In this document: positions 1-10,026 of the stretch, in pieces
Layout of the letters: each line of letters begins with the position of its first letter
Position numbering within the stretch: position 1 is the stretch's first letter
DNA from: Mobula birostris
Taxonomy: Eukaryota
Length of the DNA: 64,000 nucleotides
Direction: 5' to 3'
NCBI RefSeq assembly: GCF_030028105.1
Contig: NC_092379.1
Location: forward strand, 20,251,309-20,315,308
The notes under the pieces: generated by a model
What the model saw: only the letters and a program-made list of their open reading frames with translations
Told to the model about the DNA's origin: nothing
The model's database searches: none
Made by a program: the position numbers and the translations under genes

Positions 1-16
1 GAATTCCTGTTGTTTG

Positions 17-180
17 AGCTACTACATGAGCTGGGTGAAACAGGTCCCGGGAAAGGGCTGGAGTGGCTGGCGGCTATATCGGGTGGTGGTAGCAAGTATT
101 ACGCGCCTGGAGTCCAGAGCCGGTTCACCGCTCCTAAGGAGAGCAGCAACTTTTATCTGCAAGTGAACAACCTGCGAGTG
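17..180 (+). pseudogene. IgW: IgW VH pseudo-segment V1 (5'-truncated at CDR1)
   Basis: Reads [10 protein letters not shown](P)[44 protein letters not shown], with a 1-nt deletion in the FR2 Pro codon (47-48). Bases 1-16 match the end of the Penelope-like fragment at 11215-11230, so a repeat appears to truncate the V. Confidence 0.9.
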
Positions 181-195
181 TCTGAGAGGGGCGGA

Positions 196-223
196 GGTTA
201 TCGTACGGCGGTGTATCACTGTG
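196..223 (+). promoter_or_regulatory. 12-bp-spacer RSS 5' of first D
   Basis: Nonamer-like GGTTATCGT (196-204), 12-nt spacer ACGGCGGTGTAT, perfect heptamer CACTGTG (217-223). Confidence 0.75.
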
Positions 224-240
224 ACTGTGCTATGGGATGG
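224..240 (+). other. DH segment (17 nt) flanked by 12/23 RSS
   Basis: ACTGTGCTATGGGATGG lies between CACTGTG and CACAGTG; the 12/23 configuration matches chondrichthyan D1. Confidence 0.75.
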
Positions 241-279
241 CACAGTGTGAAAGATGGCAGCTCCCTCCATACAAAAACC
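241..279 (+). promoter_or_regulatory. 23-bp-spacer RSS (consensus)
   Basis: CACAGTG, 23 nt, ACAAAAACC. Confidence 0.97.
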
Positions 280-402
280 TACCGCACAAAACTCTTGGAA
301 TTGGGCTTTTCGGACGCTTCCACCGGCCTTTACTCCGAAAGCCGGCCTGAGCTGAAGCCGCTAATCTCAACAGCGTCCGAGTCCGGCTCAGTGCTCAGGG
401 CG

Positions 403-446
403 ATGGGGGTCATTACTCACCTGTCTCCTCCTGTCTTGTCTGGCAG
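403..446 (+). pseudogene. IgW: Leader exon of V2 (frameshifted)
   Basis: ATG at 403, [14 protein letters not shown], donor G|GTGGG at 447. The 44-nt length is out of phase for a phase-1 leader intron. Confidence 0.75.
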
Positions 447-557
447 GTGGGTGTCCCGCGGCTTGTCGCCCTCCCGAGACCGGCTGTTTCTCGGAGGCTT
501 TGTGAATCTCTGCCCGTGGAACATTTTATTAATTTCTGCTATTTTTTTTATTGATAG

Positions 558-820
558 GCGTGCGGTCCGACATCGTGCTGACACAGCCCGAGTCAGCGGT
601 AGCAAAGCCCGGAGACTCGCACAGACCGTCCTGTGCAGTCAGTGGGTTCGATATCAACAACTACTACATGAGCTGGGTGAAACAGGTCCCGGGAAAGGGC
701 TGGGGTGGTTGGTTGCGTATAGAATAGAAACGTACATGTACTTCGCGCCTGGAGTCCAGAGCCGATTCACCGCTTCCAAGGAGAGCAGCAGCTTTTATCT
801 GCAAATGAGCAACCTGAGAG
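558..820 (+). pseudogene. IgW: IgW VH pseudo-segment V2
   Basis: Acceptor TTGATAG|558. Reads [44 protein letters not shown](P)[43 protein letters not shown]. It has the same FR2 1-nt deletion as V1 and is out of frame with the following TAVYHC. Confidence 0.92.
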
Positions 821-838
821 GGTTGTGAGAGGGGCAGA

Positions 839-866
839 GGTTATCGTACGGCGGTGTATCACTGTG
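839..866 (+). promoter_or_regulatory. 12-bp-spacer RSS 5' of second D
   Basis: GGTTATCGT (839-847), 12 nt, CACTGTG (860-866); identical to 196-223. Confidence 0.75.
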
Positions 867-880
867 ACTATACTGGGTGG
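867..880 (+). other. DH segment (14 nt) flanked by 12/23 RSS
   Basis: ACTATACTGGGTGG between inverted heptamers. Confidence 0.8.
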
Positions 881-919
881 CACAGTGTGAGAGATGGCGG
901 CTCCCTCCATACACAAACC
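881..919 (+). promoter_or_regulatory. 23-bp-spacer RSS
   Basis: CACAGTG, 23 nt, ACACAAACC. Confidence 0.95.
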
Positions 920-1254
920 TACCGCAACAAAACACCTTAAATCGGGCTCTTCGGTCGTTTCCACCGGCCTTTACCCCGGGATCCGTGGATATAAATCAGA
1001 CCCCGAGTGGATAATCTGGGAGTGGGTACAAGTTCCACTGGAGATGTGTCCGGAAGGGAACGGGACCACCGAGGAGGAGCTGTCAGTGGAAGCCCAGTGA
1101 AAGGTCCCGCTGGGTTATATCACCTCCACTTCAGGACTGGGATGGCAGAGATTGAGACCCGCTGTGTGGGACACCCGGACACAGGGGGAGGTTTTAATAA
1201 ATCCGCTGGCCGGTTCTGGGATCCACTGGATTTCAGGCTGGATTTGATGAAGAC

Positions 1255-1282
1255 GGTTTGTGACGTGTGGTGAAGCACTGTG
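1255..1282 (+). promoter_or_regulatory. 12-bp-spacer RSS in front of D-J
   Basis: GGTTTGTGA (1255-1263), 12 nt CGTGTGGTGAAG, CACTGTG (1276-1282). Confidence 0.85.
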
Positions 1283-1349
1283 TCTGGCCTATCGAACTGT
1301 GACAATTATATGTACTGCGGCGGAGGAACCTCGCTGACAGTGACTTCAG
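1283..1349 (+). other. IgW: JH segment with 5' extension (probable pre-joined D-J)
   Basis: Open from the heptamer: SGLSNCDNYMYCGGGTSLTVTS, donor G|GTAAG at 1350. CGGGT replaces WGxGT. Confidence 0.85.
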
Positions 1350-3595
1350 GTAAGACCAATTTCTCAATTGTATCTTCACGCACTAGTATTTTATTTATTT
1401 ACCGTTTGGGCGAATTCGGTGATTCGCCTGAAATCAGTGAGATATTTAGAGCAAGTACATGAATCTCCCCGAACCGGCGGGTTTCTCTAGAGCCCAGTAA
1501 CAGTACAAGGGTACATACCCCACCCACCAGTGACCTGTCCACAGACCGGGAACAGGCTCAGGGGAATGGGGTCGGATCTGGTCACCAGACTGTGCCTTGA
1601 CACCGGCCGATTGTGCTGAGTTCAAGTCTGGCTTGTGATCCTCAGCACCAACTGAAGCCACGTTCAGGGGCTGAGCTTTCAGTGCAGTTGAACTTGTTCC
1701 CTGTCAGTGACAACAATGGATTTGTTCAGTGTCAAATTATTGGGATCGGGTTTTACTGTCGGCTGCTTTCATGTTGAAGGTGATGGGATTAAGACATAAT
1801 CTGAGGGAATGGTGTACACATGTATGATCTGGTTGATGGCTCAATATCCCCAGGGTACAGGTGGGTGTCAGTCCCATCATGTAATGTCCGGCGTGAGGTC
1901 CGTCCCGGGATACAGCAAAAGTATCGGCGATAACCCAGGATTAATTGATGGGATTAAAGTTTTAGTTTTATTCCCTGATGGGTGAGGAGGTGGGGTGCGG
2001 TGGGAAGAATTTTGGAGTTGGGAAGGCAGTGGGGAAGTGGTGTAGGAAAGGTAAGGCAGGGAATTGAAATCACAATTCCTTCACACATTCCGGGCAGCCT
2101 TGCATTTGTGGGTGGGGGAGTGGGGAGTGGTGCAGGTGGGGTGGGGAGGGAAGAGTTCAAGTCAATAATGTGTAATAGGGGAACATTTAAGAGAAGGTTT
2201 GTTGATGAACGTTTGTGATCTGGAACACACTGCCTGAATGATGGTGGTGGCCAATAGTGAGTGTAGAGAGGGAACAGGAGGAGATCCGCCTTTTGTCAGG
2301 ATACAGGGAAGAGCAGAGAGACCAATGGGTTTATTGGGTTTGCTCAGCCAAGGGGAAGCACAGACACTATCGGATGAATGGCCTCAGTCTCTACTCTGTC
2401 ATTCAATGGAATCAGTATTTATCTTGTAAATCTGAGAAATTCTTCCTCAAAGGGATTCCACCAAGTACCCCAGAGTACACAGAGCATGAGTTAAATGCAG
2501 ATTACAGCTCCCATGTCCTGTCCTGGCTGCCACGGATTAGATACAAAGATCCTTCTGCACTGTCCCATCCCTCCCAGGGCAGGGGCAGCAGAGTTCAGAC
2601 ACAGAGTGAAGCTTCCCCCAACCTATCCCATCACACACTCACGGGACACGAGTTGAACTTTACTGTTCAAATGAACTGCTTATTCTCAGTTCACAGACGG
2701 AACAACTGCTCTAATTTCTTGCCCTCCATCCCCCGACTGGGTTTGTTTAACAAGTGCTTTACTACGTTAACCAGTGTTGCTGGTGATTCAGTAAAAGTGG
2801 TTGTGAGATAAAGTGCTGACATTTACAGAGCACCTTTCATGGTGCCCCCGAGCTCTTCACAGGCAATGAAGTAGTTTCAAAGTACAGCCCTGTTGTAGAG
2901 TCGGGAATGTGGAGTCACTCTGCACACAGCAGAATCCACAAACTGCAAGGTGAGAACGATCAGACAGTCTGTTCTGGTGATGTTATTGAAGGAGAAATAT
3001 TGTCCAGGACACCGTGGACACAGTGATCCAATGGACAGGCACAAGGTTGGATTCGGAGTGATGGGAAACAGGGCAGTACATCAAAGCAGATGAGTAGTGC
3101 AGATGGATGGATGAACAGTCCACGGATACCACCACAACAAAACTGACAAATTTAAACTCAGTTCATAATAATCTGCAACAGATTTGGATCTGTGGTCAGA
3201 TTTCCAACATCTTAATAATTGGTATTGTTTTTAAATCTAGTCATTAGTAATGATAACCCTTCAATTTTACTGATGTCCCTCAGGGAAGGAGATCTCTCAT
3301 CCTTACCCTTCGAGCCTATTTATAACTCCTGACTCATCAATGTGTTTGTCTCCCAATGCCCTCTGAATGGCAGCTCAGATGTGTAATTCATTCAGACTTT
3401 CCTGGAAAAGCTCAGATCCCAAAGGATGAATAAACAAAATTGCCCACCTTTTGTTCATACTACCTGATGTTCCATCCACTTACTACAATACAGACTAAAA
3501 TCCGACCGAGTCTCTCCCAATCTACTGATTCACCATCGATCATTTCGTGCAAATTCCCAAGTGTTATTTCATTGCAAATTTCTTCTGAGCTGATC

Positions 3596-4149
3596 CACCC
3601 AGATCCAGTTCCCCTCTTCACCCCAGCACCCTGTGACCCACCCAGATCCAGTTCCCCTCTTCACCCCAGCACCCTGTGACCCACCCAGATCCAGTTCCCC
3701 TCTTCACCCCAGCCCCCTGTGACCCACCCAGATCCAGTTCCCCTCTTCACCCCAGCCCCCTGTGACACACCCAGCTCCAGTTCCCATCTTCACCTCAGCA
3801 CCCTGTGACCCACCCAGATCCAGTTCCTCTCTTCACCCCGGCACCCTGTGACCCACCCAGATCCAGTTCCCCTCTTCACCCCAGCACCCTGTGACCCACC
3901 CAGATCCAGTTCCCCTCTTCACCCCAGCACCCTGTGACCCACCCAGATCCAGTTCCCCTCTTCACTCCAGCACCCTGTGACCCACCCAGATCCAGTTCCC
4001 CTCTTCACCTCAGCACCCTGTGTCCCACCCAGATCCAGTTCCCCTCTTCACCCCAGCACCCTGTGACCCACCCAGATCCAGTTCCCCTCTTCACCCCAGC
4101 ACCCTGTGACCCACCCAGATCCAGTTCCTCTCTTCACCCCAGCACCCTG
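3596..4149. repeat. 43-bp minisatellite, about 13 copies, in the J-CH1 intron
   Basis: Unit CACCCAGATCCAGTTCCCCTCTTCACCCCAGCACCCTGTGACC, head-to-tail, few substitutions (AGATCC at 3601, 3644, ...). Confidence 0.97.
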
Positions 4150-7100
4150 CAGTCAGTTTGTTGGGTGCTTTTACAAAGACCCAGAGGAACACTGATCCAG
4201 ACAGAACTGTACTGACCTCCTGCTGGTCTCGGGATGTAAAAGATCCTCAGCTGCAAATCTCACCGACTGAAATTATTGTGCCTCCTGCACTGCCAACACT
4301 GAGCAGCTCAGGGAACATCTGTGGGTGAGAAACAGAGTTAATGTTTCACATCAGTGACCTTTCACTAAACTCTGTCAGTCTGATTTCTGGCAACTACGCT
4401 GTTTCCAGTTTTATTTTACTGAATTTATTTTGATGAAAACAATTTGTTTTTCATTGACTTCTGCAACCTCAGAACATCCCAGAGCCTTTCCCAACTCAGC
4501 AAGTACTTCTGCAGTGTGTCACTTCATATGGGGGACTAAACCTCCAACTTGCCTGCATCTTGCTCCCACAAACTGAACTACAAAGTGACAATCTAGTCAG
4601 TCTGGGTGATGTTGGAAGGGAATGGTCATTTTCAGCCTACAATTCCTAAAGCTCCCCACCACTGGGAACTCCTCATCTGAATTCTGACTGTGCAGTAGAT
4701 GAATAGACAGACACAAGTTGGTTGTAGGCAATCTAGATGGTCCCAGGTCTTTGGTCCAGCAACTTCTCTGTTGTCAGGGGTTGATATTGATAAGGAGCAG
4801 TGAGATTCCTCAGACATCAGCTGACCAGCCCATTCCTGAGCTGCTGTGTACCTGGGAAGCTGAGGTTACTGCGGGTGAAATAGTGCTGGTTGTGGCTGGC
4901 AGTCTGAAGGAGACAACTAGTGTTCAGCCACTTACACTGGAGTCAATCTCACAGTTCCACAGACCACTGTAACCCAGGATTTACTGAGTGACATATGCCT
5001 CCAGAGCTGTTACCACACTCTAACACATGACACCGGGTCCCACTGGAATTCCCAGGGTAACACTAGGAAATCCACCTCCACATTTTCCTCATTGGCCGGA
5101 CCTGACAAAGGATCACATTTCCCATTCATCTGACTGGGGGTTCTGGGCCTTGGGTAGGGATTTATTCAGGAATGATTTCTATCTGATTATTATGTTTTAA
5201 TGCATTTCAGATTTATTATTTTAAACAAAATATGCAAAGTTAATTGTTGCCACAGGAATTTACATTAACTTTAATGTTTCCAAGTCATTTTGAACCTGTT
5301 AAATTACATGACAGCATTAACACAAGACAAACCCCTCCCCACAACTTCCAAGCATCAGGGTGTTCTGGACCCAGAGTCCCAGCAGGGTGTTGCCTGAGGC
5401 TATTTAATGCTGAGGCCCTGATACACCTCAACACAAGCCGCCAGCATCTAGAAACCCAGTGAGGTCCCACCTTTCCCAGTGTAGGAGTGTGGGGAGAGTC
5501 CTAGCAGGTTTGAACCAGCACCATTCAGCCCGGTCTGTGTGGACGTGGTCCAGTTGGCACCATGCCCTGTGCTTTCTCTCCTGTGACACTTCACCCACAG
5601 CATAGGTCAGCTTGTCCCGCTGTTTCACAGAAGTTGTGTCCCCGATGGGGAGTCTGACATCAGCATTTTACTGGTTGTTTCAGGCTCAGTGTTGAAAGGT
5701 ATGAGAAAGGGACCAGTTTACTGCTCTGCCTGTCCTGTTAACCTGAATCACCTGTATTTGCTCAGGAAGGCAAATGTTCTGAGCTCACAGTCCCCAGTGT
5801 CACTTGGAAATGGTTCCAAACAATGCAGATGTTGTTATTGACCAGTTAAATAACATTCATTCCTATTTACTTGTTATATTTATTTATTTACACCTATTCT
5901 ATTTGAAGCCCAGATTTCAATATTTTTTGCCCTTTGTCCCAGAGTGATTACTGTGAAGTGAATATTTCATTATTTTGCCCCCAAATGAAATTGAGACCTT
6001 CCCACCACTCCACTTCCACTCCAAATGTTGAGTTTGCTGCACTTCCAATAGCAGAATCGATCTGAAGCCTGTGTGTGTGTCTGTTGACCATCTTACTGTT
6101 GGACAACAAAGCCCTCATCTACTGCAATTCACACTGTCTGACACATACTCTCCCACTAATCTCCTACTCCCAGAGTTCCTGCATGTTCTGCTGTGTCCAC
6201 ACAATCTTTTTGGCTGATTTAAACCTCATCCACCAGCAACAATCTGTCATCCACAGAGTCAATCATGAGGTAAATGATGTCACATAGGTAGGTCAAAGTA
6301 AACCCTGTCCACAACACTGCTCAAGGTACTTCTGACAACTGGTCAAACCACATTTCCTTAACATATACACTTGTCAAAGCTGTCAATTGGTCAATTAGCA
6401 AATTGATCTTCGCACCTTTAACTACCTTAGTAAGTCAACACTTCTCTTTTTTCTGTGAAATGAATTGAGAACCAGTGCTTTCAAGTGTATGTTGCACCTT
6501 AAGTGGTTGGGATTTGCTACAACCTGCATTTCCTCTCTGGGCTGGTCGTTCACTGAGAATATCAACTACATCTAACGGCAGTTTGAGATTTCTCCATCTG
6601 CCCAGGAGCCTCATCGTCACTGTCGGTTGTATTGGCCGACACTTCTCCACAGAGTCTGGGCTAATGTATTTCCACAGTTCCTCTGTCCTTTCTGATGCAC
6701 GTTACCATTCCCTCCCGGTTAGCCAGTAGTTTCCACAGACTCAGTGGGGTTGGAATTCTTGCTCAGTCACACACGGTAAATATGTGAGGCAGTGTCAGCT
6801 GCATCATGTAGTCTGTTGAGTTGAATTTCAGAAGCAGAGTCCATTTCCCAACCTCCACTATACTGCACACATGGTGCTGGAGACTGGGTACCACTATATC
6901 CACACCAATCACTCCTCTCATCAACAGCAACACTGAACACATCAGAATTATTCCAATAAGTTACTTCTAAATCTGAATTTTTTTGTAAACTCTGCTGATT
7001 AGGTGCTACCAGACTTCTCAGAATCAGGAATTGTATTTGGAGGAGAGACAGATTGTCACTTTGGTATTTTGACTGAAATCTGACCCATTGGACATTGGGT

Positions 7101-7334
7101 CACTGCCTCAGTCCTGCACTGAAGTGTTGGCCTGGATTGTGAGTCCAAGTTGCCACTGTGGGATTGATCCACACCCTCCTACCTCAGCGACACAGACTCA
7201 CAGCTGAGTGTTAAAGTGATATCGGCCTTAATGGGGTGAAACATTTTGAAAATTACTGCTTTACAAAACGTCTCCTTTCTCTGCCAGTAATGCATGTACT
7301 CGGAGAACCATTTGTGAATTTCTTTCCATTTCAG

Positions 7335-7902
7335 AGGTCAAGTCCTAGCCTTCAGTCTTCATCACTCCTTCCTGCAACATAGAATGTGACTAAGGCATCA
7401 GGCTCCTCTGTCTGGTCAAGGATGATCAGCCTGGGAGCATCAGTCAGACCTGGTCACTAACAGTAGGGACATCACCGCTGGACTTAGGAAATTCCAGGCC
7501 GGCTGGTGGCGCAGTGAGATTAGCACCGGACTCTGGAGCGAAGGTTCCCGAGTTCGAATCCTGGTTAGGCCACTCCCGAGCATGCTCTTCATCATTCCGG
7601 CTTGAGTGTTGAGATAGCCACTTGGCCTCGTAAGAAATATATAAGAGTCAAGTCAGGAACGTTCATAACGTGACCTGGTTAATTCTGACACCACGTGCCA
7701 GACAAGAATGGCTAAATGTCTGGTACGACATGCTGAAAAACTAAGAAATACCCGGCGGTGTTGGGGCAAAATTCAAAGTACACGATGAGCAGCTTGCTCG
7801 AAGTCTCTGCGGCCGACTGGAAGAATAAAGTCTGCTCCTGCAAGGCAGGGTACAAGCCAAACAAGATTGTGACAGTGGAGTGGCAGAAACATCAACCTCA
7901 AC
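7335..7902 (+). pseudogene. IgW: IgW CH1 exon, inactivated
   Basis: Reads EVKS*PSVFITPSCNIECD*GIRLLCLVKDDQPGSISQTWS-(frameshift)-TNSRDITAGLRK-[SINE][51 protein letters not shown]. Stops at 7346-48 and 7391-93; donor C|GTTAGT at 7903. Confidence 0.92.
7493..7740 (+). mobile_element. tRNA-derived SINE inserted in CH1
   Basis: Pol III A box TGGCGCAGTGAG (7507-7518), B box GAGTTCGAATCC (7550-7561), short A tail, imperfect flanking repeat CTTAGGAAAT/CTAAGAAAT. The CH1 frame resumes after it. Confidence 0.88.
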
Positions 7903-8774
7903 GTTAGTATCAGAAATAATTTATTTTGAAAGCTGCACTGATGTCAGAGCATAAATCTGGAGTAGGAAGCTTTGTCAGATAATGTAGCAGCATGGCAATG
8001 AATTCCTTTATTCTACTCTTACAACAACAGTGAGAAAATGTATAAAAGTCAATATGGGCAGTGAAACTCAGTATCAGGATCTGCCTCCATTGTATCCACT
8101 CCATTGTCTAACTTCAGGAGCCTCTCCACCACCGCCTCCCACTAAACCCTCCCTACAGATCAGCTCCTGTACACATACAGAGACCGCTGGCCCATCGTGC
8201 CCCTGCACACAGAACAACAATTTAAACTTTATCCCACTCCTCCTGCACTTTCCCTCCCACCCTGCAGCTGCCCCTCTTCTGGTAAAAGCGATCCCTTGTG
8301 AACGTGATGGAGGAATCCACTCCACTGCCCTTCTTTAACCATCTTCTCACAGATCTGAACAAGCCTTTGCAGTTACAACAAAATAATTTCCTTCTGTCCA
8401 TCTGTTCTCCTTTCTCATTAAAAGTAAAATTGTGTTTCCCAAACTTGCCAATGGAAACAGTCCCACACCATGTACTCCTGCTCACAGGAGCTGGTATCAG
8501 TCATTCTCCAGTAAACAATTAGATCATGGCAGGTCTGCACCTCAACCCCATGACCCACTTCTCTGCATTATCATAGCACAGTGGGACACACTGCTGGGAG
8601 GCCCAAGTTATACACCCAGCCCTCCCACTCACTGGTGTGAGCCATCAGATGATCAGATCAGCTGTAAATTAACAACATTCTTGAGAGGGCTGGAATTGGG
8701 GAACTTGCCTGGGATGAGGGAGAATGAAGTCAAAAACATAGGCAAAGCAATCATGTACTGACAGATATTTATTG

Positions 8775-8940
8775 TGTTACAGCTCCGAAGCTCAGCTCCC
8801 CTGTTACAGCTCCAAAGCGCAACTCCCCTGTTACAGTTCCGAAGCTCAGCTCCCCTGTTACAGTTCCGAAGCTCAGCTCCTCTGTTACAGTTACGAAGCG
8901 CAACTCCCCTGTTACAGATCCGAAGCTCAGCTCCCTTGTT
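8775..8940. repeat. 27-bp minisatellite spanning the CH2 splice acceptor
   Basis: TGTTACAG copies end at 8782, 8809, 8836, 8863, 8890 and 8917 (27-nt spacing). Confidence 0.95.
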
Positions 8941-9217
8941 CCATCCTGGGAGGCAATCCACAGTCAAGGAAAGGCTGTCCTGGGCTGTGTGATATCTGGA
9001 TTCTCTCCTGACAACATTAAAGTATCCTGGAAAAAAGCTGGATCTGCCCAAGAAGGCATCGTTCTCCCTTCCACTCAGAGATCTGATGGTACATTTGAAA
9101 CAATCGCTTACCTGACAGTGCCTGTGCAGGAATGGACCAAGAAACAGAAATATACTTGTGAGGTGAATCACGCAGCTTCCGGTTTCAGTGGTCAGGTCAA
9201 CATGACGTATCAAGGGG
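8783..9217 (+). CDS. IgW: IgW CH2 exon (core from 8918; up to 45 extra aa if the first acceptor is used)
   Basis: Reads PKLSSLVPSWEAIHSQGKAVLGCVISGFSPDNIKVSWKK...EWTKKQKYTCEVNHAASGFSGQVNMTYQG, with C1-set Cys/Trp/Cys intact; donor G|GTAAG at 9218. Confidence 0.95.
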
Positions 9218-9895
9218 GTAAGTGATATCAGAAGAAAAATTAAGTGACTTAGAGTACTAAAATACTGAACTAATACTCCCACCTAATTCCTGTCCCTACT
9301 GTCGATCTAGTTGAGTGATGTACAGATGATCTTTGCACTTTGAATCAACTCATATCACCAGCAGCTTTAACCCCATCTACTGGGCAGGAAAGGGGTAAGA
9401 TCAGGTCACCTGTCCATTCTGCCTCAATAATTTTAGTTGTCTCTGTAGTTATAATGAAAATAAGTTAGTGAGCAAAGCTCACGTCCATTGTTTTACCTTC
9501 TAGAGAAAATCTCCCTGTTCCCTTTTCACTGTCTTCTCAGTGTTAGTTCCTCAAAAAAAATCTCTGCAATTTTGTATTTGCTTCAGTCTCCAGAGTCTGT
9601 TTCCAGTGTTTCCTGAGAGACTCTTCTGTCGATTGTCCACTCACTGAAATGTAGGTGCCTGGATTATTTTTGAATTGATGCCCAATCCTCGAGTGAATGT
9701 TGTGACCTTGTGTCCTCAGCTTCTCAACCAGGTTCAGACAGCACATTCATTTATCATGGCTGACAAAACCTCATCCCGATAGGATGTGATATACAGAGGA
9801 TAGAAAGTGGGAATAGATGGGGATCCCTTTTTTCCAAGCATGGGAAAAGAGGTGAAAATATCTAACACTTAAATCTTTGAATCTTCCGTTTCCAG

Positions 9896-10026
9896 GTGGA
9901 AAATGTCCCAGCTGTTTTTCGGAGCCTGTGGCAAAGTTCTTTTACCAGACTAATCTCAATGCAACATTCTCCGATGGTTCTACCCAACAGTATCATTGTT
10001 CAGCAGGAAAGTGTGAAATAAAGTGA
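9896..10026 (+). CDS. IgW: Secretory tail exon of the short (2-CH) IgW form
   Basis: Acceptor TTTCCAG|9896, phase 1. Reads GGKCPSCFSEPVAKFFYQTNLNATFSDGSTQQYHCSAGKCEIK*, the Cys-rich tail typical of short IgW/IgX. Confidence 0.9.

Noticed and set aside
10-828. 272-aa ORF as a real protein
   Set aside because: It is a chance read-through of V1, an RSS, V2's leader and intron, switching between correct and incorrect V frames.
3596-4149. CRISPR array
   Set aside because: Contiguous identical units with no unique spacers, no cas genes, vertebrate context.
5160-6000. Intronic IgH enhancer or MAR
   Set aside because: AT-rich with ATGCAAAG (5232-5239) and scattered E-boxes, but the octamer is imperfect and such motifs arise by chance; it cannot be supported without conservation data.
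7497-7570. tRNA gene
   Set aside because: A and B boxes are present but there is no full cloverleaf; it continues into a SINE body with an A tail and TSD.
8772-9011. Repetitive ORFs (CYSSEAQLP / LLQFRSSAP) as proteins or a CRISPR array
   Set aside because: They are alternative frames of the 27-bp minisatellite; only the CH2 frame is meaningful.
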